The notes beneath the pieces are model-generated. The model saw only the letters and a program-made list of their open reading frames with translations. It was not told the DNA's origin and did not search any database. 53,612 nucleotides of DNA from an uncultured Verrucomicrobiota bacterium. Its GTDB lineage: Bacteria > Verrucomicrobiota > Verrucomicrobiia > Limisphaerales > MWDV01. Of this stretch, positions 17,418 to 24,898 are shown piece after piece (the stretch's first letter is position 1; every line of letters begins with the position of its first letter). Location of the stretch: positions 27,104-80,715 of the forward strand of contig CAYJNU010000001.1 of assembly GCA_964371005.1 (NCBI GenBank). The letters are read 5' to 3'. Position numbers and translations under genes: made by a program.

Positions 17418-18128
17418 TCAACAGATCGTGACTTCGCGCAAACCAAGCAAGGCGGTGGTGTCGGCGTCATGGTCCGTCCCGCGTGGATGGAAAACGAATT
17501 CGTGTCGTCCGGGCGGCAGGCTGGAAAGGGCGGCTTGGATTTCTTTCGCGTTCATGCGGTACAGACGGTCAAGTCCCCAGAGCGTATCCGATTTCGCGGA
17601 GCGGTTCCACCGGCTGAGCCAGCGGCAGGCAAAGGGGCGAAGCCATCGCTCAGGGCCAGATGGACCAAACCAGCGCACCTCGAAACCGCGCAGCCAACCG
17701 ACAAACGTCCCAGGCAGGACGGACTCCAAGACGCGAAGCACCTGGGGGTGGACATGCAGGTGGTGGTGAGCATTCAGGAAATCACAGCGCAAGCCGGTGG
17801 ATTCAAACAACCGCCATTGTTGGCGAATCTCCCGACGCATGAGCTGTCGAGATTGAGCATGGCAGCCGATGGCCAGGCCGGCCCGAAAGGCGGATCCGCC
17901 CCAGGGCCAGGCCGGGCAGGTCGTCGGCGAAGAGTCGCACAAGTGCAGATGCCAACCGAGCTTTAGCGATGGGCACTCGCGGGCCAACTGAACCGCATGT
18001 TCGGTACCCGCTTGGCCCACCATCAGGCTGGCTCCATGAAGGGCGCCCTCGCGGTGCGCACGGAGAACCGCCAGGTTGATTGTTTCGCTGATGCCAAAAT
18101 CATCGGCAATGAAGACGCCGCCTGTCAT
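17418..18128 (-). CDS. ChbG/YdjC/HpnK-family carbohydrate deacetylase
   Basis: 'GVFIADDFGISETINLAVLRAHREGALHGASLMV' carries the DDFG motif and N-terminal block of the YdjC/ChbG/HpnK family. Its size of 236 aa fits. Confidence 0.75.
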   Translation of the reverse strand: MTGGVFIADDFGISETINLAVLRAHREGALHGASLMVGQAGTEHAVQLARECPSLKLGWHLHLCDSSPTTCPAWPWGGSAFRAGLAIGCHAQSRQLMRREIRQQWRLFESTGLRCDFLNAHHHLHVHPQVLRVLESVLPGTFVGWLRGFEVRWFGPSGPERWLRPFACRWLSRWNRSAKSDTLWGLDRLYRMNAKEIQAALSSLPPGRHEFVFHPRGTDHDADTTALLGLREVTIC

Positions 18129-18325
18129 GTGGCGAGGGTTTTACAGGCTTTGCTTTCCCATGCAAGGCTGATATGAAGCTGTGCGGAAGAACATGAAGGA
18201 CCAAGTCAACACCGCTCAGAAGGGCGGCATGGGTTTCATCGGTCGCGGACTCGTGCGCACCTCGATCACGCAAGGGAAACGCCTGAGTCTCCCATGCTTG
18301 GCCCTCCTTGCGGTTTTGCCTCTCC

Positions 18326-19603
18326 ATGCCGGTCATTGAGTATGCCTTGCTGGCTTGGACCGGTGTCGCCTTGATTTGGTGGCTGATCGCCTACCGGCTC
18401 CTGGGCGAATCACCCGACCCGAGCCCGGCGCCGACCGCGGCGCCACTGCCGACGCTCACGATCTTCAAACCGCTGCCTCCGACCACTGCCGACGCGGATC
18501 GCCTTCTTTTGGCGGCTGCCATCGAATCCTTTATCGCGCAGCTGGACGCGAATTCACAGATGCTTGTCGGCGTTGAACAAACGGAGGCGGACGCCTGGGA
18601 GCCGGTTTTCCAGCGTTGGCGTCGCGGTCCGGCAGCCGCACGGATTCTAATAGTGACCCTGCCGCCGCCACTTCCGGAAGCGAACCCCAAAATAGCCAAG
18701 CTGGAAGCTCTCGCGCCGATGGCGCTGGGGCGATTCTGGCTTTGGTCAGACGCGGACATCATCGCGCCCCCAGGCTTGCTAAGGCAGCTTCAGCGGGAAC
18801 TGGCCGATTCCGGTGCCGGCGGGGTAACGAGTGCCTACGCGGTGAGGTCGCCCGCGCGGGCGGCAGGAATGCTGGACGCGCTTTTTGTGAACCTGGAGTT
18901 CCTTCCCGGCGTGCTGCTGCTCGGCCGGCGCGGTCGGCTGGATTTCGCCTTCGGCGCCGCGACCTTGTTTTGCGCGGCGGATTTCCACGCCCGTGTCTCG
19001 TGGAGCGAGCTGCGCCGGGCCCTAGCCGATGACCACGAGTTGGGGAAGCGTCTGGGCTCCGTACGCCTGAGTGGTAGCGTCGTGGAGACGTTGGCCTTGT
19101 CGGTTGGCTGGCGACAGGCGCTGAACCACTATTATCGCTGGCAGAAGACGATTCGGTGGTGTCGGCCGGGAGGCTACGCGGCGTTACTCGTCATTCTGCC
19201 GTTCCTGGGGTGGCTGGCGGTGGCGTTGGCCCGTCCCTCGGCAGGACTGTCTTGGGCGGGGCTCGGTGGCACGTGGCTGGCAGAATCGGTTTTCGCTGGC
19301 ATCGCGTTTCGCAGGTTGAATTGTGTGCTACCGCGGAAAGGGTGGCTCGCGTTCATCGCTTGGCCCCCTCTGCGGGCGCTGACCTGGCTGGCGGTGTGGA
19401 TGCCCTTGCCGATCCGCTGGGGCGAAGGCCATGCCCTTTGGCGACAGCCACGACGCGCTTTCGCCAAATCGCCATCGGCGGAGGCGTGCGCTCAGACCGT
19501 CAAGGCACCAGCGACTGGCGGCGCTGCCGCAGGCCGCGAAAGAACTCAAAGCCCTCCCGACAGCGACGGACGCACACCGTGCGATCCTCCAGCATGGTCT
19601 TGA
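18326..19603 (+). CDS. Membrane glycosyltransferase, ceramide-glucosyltransferase/HpnI-like (GT-A with an R/QxxRW motif)
   Basis: N-terminal TM helix, 'LTIFKPL', 'WSDADIIAPPG', 'DDHELGKRL' and 'YYRWQKTIRW' ((Q/R)xxRW), plus C-terminal TM helices. ATG 18326 is preferred over TTG 18308. The 3' end overlaps the convergent radical SAM gene by 104 nt. Confidence 0.7.
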   Translation: MPVIEYALLAWTGVALIWWLIAYRLLGESPDPSPAPTAAPLPTLTIFKPLPPTTADADRLLLAAAIESFIAQLDANSQMLVGVEQTEADAWEPVFQRWRRGPAAARILIVTLPPPLPEANPKIAKLEALAPMALGRFWLWSDADIIAPPGLLRQLQRELADSGAGGVTSAYAVRSPARAAGMLDALFVNLEFLPGVLLLGRRGRLDFAFGAATLFCAADFHARVSWSELRRALADDHELGKRLGSVRLSGSVVETLALSVGWRQALNHYYRWQKTIRWCRPGGYAALLVILPFLGWLAVALARPSAGLSWAGLGGTWLAESVFAGIAFRRLNCVLPRKGWLAFIAWPPLRALTWLAVWMPLPIRWGEGHALWRQPRRAFAKSPSAEACAQTVKAPATGGAAAGRERTQSPPDSDGRTPCDPPAWS

Positions 19604-20927
19604 GGATGCGTAGGATCGGTCCGGGGCGAAGGTAGTAACTGCGGTAAAAGCGTTCCACCGCTTCAAAGATTTCCGCCCCACTCAGTTCGGGATACTCCAA
19701 GGCGGATGCCTGGAAGCCGTCTTCGCGCACCGATCCGGTGGCCACCGATTTGGCGAACCAGCCGTTCCGACGCGCCTGCTCATAAAGCTCCGTGCCCGGA
19801 TACGGGGCCGCGAGGGCGACCTGGATGCTAAACAAGTCGAGGTCCTTGGCGAAGTGGATGGTTTCCTCAATGGAATGTCTCGTCTCACCCGGAAGGCCCA
19901 GAATGAAGGCCCCATGAACGCGCACGCCGGTTTGGTGACACGCGCGCGTGAACCGACGCATCGTTTCCAGTGAAACACCCTTCTTGATGTTCTCCAGAAT
20001 CTTCGCGTTGCCGCTCTCGTAGCCAACCAGGAACAGCCGCAGTCCATAATCCTTGAAGAAACGCACGGTGTCTTCGTCCAGATTCGCGCGGCTGTTGCAG
20101 CTCCAGGTCAGGCCCAGCGGCGCAATTCGACGGGCGATTTCCCGAGCGCGGGGCAGGTTGGCCGTGAACGTATCGTCATCGAAAAAAAACTCTTTGACTT
20201 GAGGAAAGAGACGTTTCATGTACGCCATTTCCTCCGCCACGTTCTGCGCTGACCTGACCCGGTAACGCTGCCCTCCGATCGTCTGGGGCCAGAGGCAGAA
20301 CGTACACTGTGCCGGACAGCCCCGCCCGGAGTAGAAACTGACGTACGGATGGAGCAGGTAGCCAATGACGTAATTCTCGATCCGCAGGTTGCGCCGGTAC
20401 ACGTCCGCCACCCACGGCAGCACATCCAAGTCAGTGAGCAATTCCCGTTCAGGATTGTGGTGGATTGCGCCGCGGGCATCGCGGTAGGACAATCCGGTGA
20501 TTTGCCCCCACGGGCGACCTTCGCCCACCTCCTTGCAGGTGAAATCGAATTCTCTCCTTCCCACCCAGTCAATCGCCGGCGACGCCAACAATGTCTGTTC
20601 AGGCAGCACCGCAGCTTGAGCGCCCACAAATCCAATCCTTGTTTCCGGTCGCGCTTGCTTGATTGCCTCTGCCACGCAGCAGTCATTGCGCAGCGAAGGG
20701 GTCGAAGTGTGGATGACCACGTGATCGTGGTGACGCGCCTCGGCTAAACATTCCGCCAAGCCGAAGCGATGCGGCGGGCAATCCATCAATCGAGCGTCCG
20801 GCACCAGCGCTGCCGCTTGCGCCAACCAGGTAGGATACCAGAAACTGGTAACCTCACGCCGGGCTTGGTAGCGCGCTCCGGCGCCCCCGTCAAAACCGTC
20901 GTAACTCGGTGGGCACAAAAACAACAC
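19500..20927 (-). CDS. B12-binding-domain radical SAM protein, HpnJ-like
   Basis: The N-terminus 'LFLCPPSYDGFDGGAGARYQARREVTSFWYPTWLAQAAAL' resembles, as far as I recall it, the HpnJ N-terminus. The radical SAM cluster motif 'GRGCPAQCTFC' (CX3CX2C) is present. GTG start. Confidence 0.8.
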   Translation of the reverse strand: MLFLCPPSYDGFDGGAGARYQARREVTSFWYPTWLAQAAALVPDARLMDCPPHRFGLAECLAEARHHDHVVIHTSTPSLRNDCCVAEAIKQARPETRIGFVGAQAAVLPEQTLLASPAIDWVGRREFDFTCKEVGEGRPWGQITGLSYRDARGAIHHNPERELLTDLDVLPWVADVYRRNLRIENYVIGYLLHPYVSFYSGRGCPAQCTFCLWPQTIGGQRYRVRSAQNVAEEMAYMKRLFPQVKEFFFDDDTFTANLPRAREIARRIAPLGLTWSCNSRANLDEDTVRFFKDYGLRLFLVGYESGNAKILENIKKGVSLETMRRFTRACHQTGVRVHGAFILGLPGETRHSIEETIHFAKDLDLFSIQVALAAPYPGTELYEQARRNGWFAKSVATGSVREDGFQASALEYPELSGAEIFEAVERFYRSYYLRPGPILRILKTMLEDRTVCVRRCREGFEFFRGLRQRRQSLVP

Positions 20928-21233
20928 GCTGCCAAGCTAGCAGAGGCCGATGCCAACGCCAGATTTTGCGATGGGGGAGGGGCGTGGCCTCGACTCCCTT
21001 TCTGTTTTCACTCTGTTTGGGGTGGCCGACATCACGGAGCGCCAATTCCGCGTGCTATCCTCGGAGGTGCAGGGAGGGAATACAGTCCGCGTGTAACCTT
21101 TATGCAGCGGCTACTAACACTTCGCCGCGCCGTCTCCACAGAAAAAAGACGACAATGAAGTTGATATTGCCTGTTCTGGCCTCCACACTTCGAGGCGCTC
21201 CATCCGTGATGCTGATTTGGATGGTTCGCAGTT

Positions 21234-21557
21234 ATGCCATCGGAAGACGGTCATTTCGCACCACTACAGCTTGAACAAGCCATCCGGCGCCGTGCGCAGG
21301 TGATCAATGCCTTCAAAGAGGAGTTGATCCGGCGGCTAAACCTCCCTTTTGTCCCGGAAGACCTCCACGAAGATGTGTCACTGCTCGGTTCGGGGCTGGG
21401 GCTCGACTCGCTCGATGCGCTTGAGATCGTGCTTTGCATCGAACACTGCTTCCGCATCAAGATTCCCGACGAAAACATCGCCGTGCTGCGTTCAATCAAC
21501 ACCGTGGTGGATTTCATCATCGCCCAACAGGATGCCCAGGGAGGGAAGCCGGCATGA
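21234..21557 (+). CDS. Acyl carrier protein (phosphopantetheine attachment site)
   Basis: 'LLGSGLGLDSLDALEIVLCIEHCF' contains the DSL serine motif. It is 107 aa. Confidence 0.85.
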   Translation: MPSEDGHFAPLQLEQAIRRRAQVINAFKEELIRRLNLPFVPEDLHEDVSLLGSGLGLDSLDALEIVLCIEHCFRIKIPDENIAVLRSINTVVDFIIAQQDAQGGKPA

Positions 21558-22663
21558 GGATCTCGTTGCTTAAAGAGAAGCTGGCCGCCGCCGGGGCGTC
21601 ATTCCGCGAACGAGCCGGAACGGAAGTCGTTTCGCACTTCGCCGAACCGCCCACCGAGTATCGCGCGGTGCGCGATGCCGTGGCCCTGACGGATTTCTCC
21701 TTCGTCCGGTCTTTCCGCCTGCCCGAAGACAAGGGGCTGGATTTCCTGGACGCCCTCCTGGCCGGCAACGTGCCCAAGATCCGCTTTGGCCGGGCGCTGC
21801 ACACGATGATGCTTAACAGTGAGGGGCTGCTGGCAGGCGATTGTCTCGTAGCCAATAACGACCAGGAATTCGTCTTTCTGTGTGAGAGCATCGTGCCTGA
21901 CGTCGAAATAGATGCGCTGATGCAAGCGGCGGGCGTCGCGGACGCGGGACACGAAGAACTCACATCCAGCCATGTTTTGCTCAGCTTGGACGGCTACAGG
22001 GCATGGGAAGTCGTGAAGCGGCAATTTGGGCCGGATGTGCTCGGGCTGCCGTATCTGTCCATCGAGAACTACACTTTCGATGGTTCGCCGGTGCGGCTGT
22101 TCCGCGCGGGCAAGACCTCCGAGTTCGGCTACCTGATCCTGGCGCCCCAGAGCGTGGCCGTCGCATTGTTCGACACACTCAAGACCGAGGTGGAGCAATG
22201 TGAAGGACGCTTGTGTGGCGTGGACATTCACGACGAGTTACGGTTGGAAGGGCGTTTTTTCAACATTCACCAAGAAGGCCTGCGCGTGCGCGATCCGCTG
22301 CCGCTCGGCCTTCAGTGGATGGTGGATTTGGAGAAGGACAATTTCACGGGTGTTGCAGCGCTGAAGCAACGCCGGGCGGCGGGTCTCAAACAGAAGATCG
22401 TCGGCGTCGCGGCGGAGACTGATTGCCAATCGCTCAAGGCCGGGGCCCAAGTTTTCCATGAGGGCAAACCGGTGGCGGAAGTAGTAGCACACTGCTTCTC
22501 ACATGTCCTCAACCGCCCGCTCGGACTGGCGCTGTTCCCGATCGAGTTGGCCTATTCTGGACTCTCATTTCAACTCGGTGCGGCCGGCGGGCCGGCGATC
22601 ACGACCATCTCGATGCCGCCGATCATGCCCAAGAGTTTGGGTGTCAAACTCGACGAGATGTAA
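21554..22663 (+). CDS. GcvT/aminomethyltransferase-family folate-binding protein
   Basis: ATGA overlap with the ACP stop. 'EYRAVRDAVALTDFSFVRSFRLPEDKGLDFLDALLAGNVPKIRFGRALHTMMLNSEGLLAGDCLV' follows the T-protein N-terminal pattern, and the size (369 aa) fits. The internal ATG of ORF 21434..22663 was chosen. Confidence 0.7.
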   Translation: MRISLLKEKLAAAGASFRERAGTEVVSHFAEPPTEYRAVRDAVALTDFSFVRSFRLPEDKGLDFLDALLAGNVPKIRFGRALHTMMLNSEGLLAGDCLVANNDQEFVFLCESIVPDVEIDALMQAAGVADAGHEELTSSHVLLSLDGYRAWEVVKRQFGPDVLGLPYLSIENYTFDGSPVRLFRAGKTSEFGYLILAPQSVAVALFDTLKTEVEQCEGRLCGVDIHDELRLEGRFFNIHQEGLRVRDPLPLGLQWMVDLEKDNFTGVAALKQRRAAGLKQKIVGVAAETDCQSLKAGAQVFHEGKPVAEVVAHCFSHVLNRPLGLALFPIELAYSGLSFQLGAAGGPAITTISMPPIMPKSLGVKLDEM

Positions 22664-22669
22664 GCTGCC

Positions 22670-23116
22670 GTGGTGACCGCCCGCCATGCCGCTCCAGGCC
22701 GGCTGATCAAACGCCGAATCCCGATCACGCCGGCGTTTCATGAGACCGACATGATGGGCGTGGTGCACAACTCGGTCTATTTCCTGTGGTTCGAACAAGG
22801 ACGGCTCCAAATCATGCTGGAGGTATTGCCAATTGAGGAAGCCCTTGCGCTCGGCGTCGCCATGCCGGTGGTTGAAAACGTCTGTCATTATCGCAAGCCG
22901 GTGAAGTTCGGTGCGCCGCTCCTCCTCTACACCACGCATCACATCCAGCCCGCCTACGAAGGTCGGCTCGTCTTCCACCACTACCTGATTCACGAGAAGC
23001 ACCGCACGGCGATGGCCTGGGGGCAAACCGCCACCACGCTGGTGGAGGCAAACACCAACCGTCTGGTGAAAGACTGGCCCACCGACCTCTGGCAGCGCTA
23101 TCAGGCGCTGGCTTGA
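22670..23116 (+). CDS. Hotdog-fold acyl-CoA/acyl-ACP thioesterase (YbgC/4HBT family)
   Basis: 'FHETDMMGVVHNSVYFLWFEQGRLQIM' is the catalytic Asp block of 4HBT-type thioesterases. GTG start. Confidence 0.8.
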   Translation: MVTARHAAPGRLIKRRIPITPAFHETDMMGVVHNSVYFLWFEQGRLQIMLEVLPIEEALALGVAMPVVENVCHYRKPVKFGAPLLLYTTHHIQPAYEGRLVFHHYLIHEKHRTAMAWGQTATTLVEANTNRLVKDWPTDLWQRYQALA

Positions 23117-23150
23117 TACCGCGGCCTGAAACCGGGACAATCCCGCATTC

Positions 23151-23894
23151 ATGGAACGCGAATTTGAGAATCAGGTCGTGCTCGTCACCGGCGGCTCGCG
23201 AGGCATAGGCCGGGCCGTCGTCGAGCGGTTTGCCGCCCGCGGCGCAAAAGTCTTCTTCACCTACCACCAACAGGAGGAGCAGGCTCGCGAGGTGGCGGCG
23301 GCTTGTGGCGCCGTGGCCATGCAGTGTTCGCAGACAGACCCCGCCGCCATCGAAGCCGCCGTGCGACGCGTATCGACCGAGGGCGGGAAGATTGACGTGC
23401 TCGTCAACAACGCCGGCGTCACGGCGGACATGTTCCTGATGCTCATGCCGGCAGACGATTGGAACAAGGTGCTGGACACGAACCTGAACGGAGCGTTCCG
23501 CTGGTGCAAGAACGTCATCCGCCCAATGCTCCTGGCGCGCAAAGGCTCGATCATCAACGTCGCCTCCATCTCCGGCCTCGTCGGCGTCATGGGCCAGACC
23601 AACTACGCCGCGTCCAAAGGCGCGTTGCTGGCTTTCTCCCGTTCGCTGGCTGCTGAGGTCGGCCCCAAGGGCATCCGCGTGAACGCCGTCGTGCCCGGTT
23701 TCATTGAGACCGACATGACCGCGCGCGTGCCCCGTCAGATCAAGCAGCGCAATCTGGAGCACATTCTTCTGAAACGCTTCGGACAACCCGCAGAGGTTGC
23801 GTCCGTCGTCACGTTTCTCGCCTCGGAAGCGGCCTCTTACATCATGGGGCAAATGATCGTGGTGGACGGTGGCTTGACCGCTACCGCCGCGTGA
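23151..23894 (+). CDS. fabG: 3-oxoacyl-ACP reductase (SDR)
   Basis: '[11 protein letters not shown]' (TGxxxGxG), 'NNAGV' and 'YAASKGA' (YxxxK). It is 247 aa. Confidence 0.9.
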   Translation: MEREFENQVVLVTGGSRGIGRAVVERFAARGAKVFFTYHQQEEQAREVAAACGAVAMQCSQTDPAAIEAAVRRVSTEGGKIDVLVNNAGVTADMFLMLMPADDWNKVLDTNLNGAFRWCKNVIRPMLLARKGSIINVASISGLVGVMGQTNYAASKGALLAFSRSLAAEVGPKGIRVNAVVPGFIETDMTARVPRQIKQRNLEHILLKRFGQPAEVASVVTFLASEAASYIMGQMIVVDGGLTATAA

Positions 23895-23904
23895 CCGTGC
23901 TCCG

Positions 23905-24891
23905 ATGAATGTCTTTCTATTCCCGGGCCAGGGTTCGCAAGAAATCGGGATGGCCGCCGACTTGTTCAAAGCGGATCCCTGCTTCCGTGACCTCGTTGCC
24001 TTCGCCGCCGGGAAGTCGGGAGCCGATTTGGAACGCATTTGCCTGCGCGGCCCCGAGCGGGAATTGATCCGGACCCGGAATCTGCAACCCTTGCTGGTCT
24101 GCGTTTCGCTGGGCTACCTGCGCCACTTGACCGAACGCGGAGTCCGGTCGGATTGTGTCCTCGGCCATTCGCTGGGTGAAGTGACGGCGCTGGCGGCAGC
24201 GGGCGTCATTTCCGCGGAAGCCGCCGTTGCGCTGGCAGCGGAACGCGGTCGCTTGATGGACGGAGCAGCGGCCCAAGTAGCGGGGGGCATGGTCGCCGTG
24301 ACCACACCGAATCGGGAACGGCTGGTGCAGTGGCTCGCCACAATGCCGCCCGAGCGTCTGGTTCTGGCGAATGACAATGCACCCACGCAACTCGTGCTCT
24401 CCGGCACCGTGGCTGCCTTGGAAGAAGTGGGGCGGTTCGTGGCGGCGGAGCGATTGGGGGCCTGCCGCAAATTGCCCGTGGCGGGTCCGTGGCACAGCCC
24501 GTTGATGGCAGAGGCGCAGCGCGCGTTCACCGGATGGCTGCAAGCGATTCCCTTTCGCGCGCCCGCCACCCCCGTCGTGTTCAACATCACGGGCAACCAG
24601 GAAGACGACCCCGCACGCATCCGCTCGCTTGCCGCCCGCAATCTCGCCGAGCCCGTTCGCTGGCGGACCAGCATGGAAACCGTGCGAACGATGCGACCAA
24701 CCACCCTGTTTGAGATCGGACCCGGCCGTGTGCTCGCGGGGTTGGCGCGAGCCAATGGCTTCGACGATGCCACCCGGATCGTTCACGTCAACAACCTGCG
24801 CGGCGTCGAGTTGGCGGTGGCGGCGAAGAATCCAGTGGACGTTGGCGGTCCAAATCGTTCATCGTCTTCGTCGTCAACCCCACCGGTTTAG
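23905..24891 (+). CDS. fabD: Malonyl-CoA:ACP transacylase
   Basis: 'FLFPGQGSQ' and 'GHSLGEVTALAAAG' form the acyltransferase GHSxG motif. Confidence 0.9.
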   Translation: MNVFLFPGQGSQEIGMAADLFKADPCFRDLVAFAAGKSGADLERICLRGPERELIRTRNLQPLLVCVSLGYLRHLTERGVRSDCVLGHSLGEVTALAAAGVISAEAAVALAAERGRLMDGAAAQVAGGMVAVTTPNRERLVQWLATMPPERLVLANDNAPTQLVLSGTVAALEEVGRFVAAERLGACRKLPVAGPWHSPLMAEAQRAFTGWLQAIPFRAPATPVVFNITGNQEDDPARIRSLAARNLAEPVRWRTSMETVRTMRPTTLFEIGPGRVLAGLARANGFDDATRIVHVNNLRGVELAVAAKNPVDVGGPNRSSSSSSTPPV

Positions 24892-24898
24892 ACGGGCG

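Noticed and set aside
17418-20927. Annotating the region as a bona fide hopanoid (bacteriohopanepolyol cyclitol ether) locus
   Set aside because: No shc, hpnH, hpnG, hpnO, hpnN or other hopanoid core genes are present in 53 kb, and the genes are in mixed orientation. Family resemblance alone does not fix the acceptor lipid.
21155-21274. 39-codon ORF (MKLILPVLASTLRGAPSVMLIWMVRSYAIGRRSFRTTTA) in the AT-richer divergent region upstream of the first ACP gene; considered as a leader or precursor peptide for the radical SAM enzymes
   Set aside because: There is no Shine-Dalgarno sequence and no Cys/Ser/Thr-rich core or other RiPP-like features. It overlaps the ACP start (21234), and the region is more simply a divergent promoter region. 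It could be revisited if ribosome profiling shows translation.
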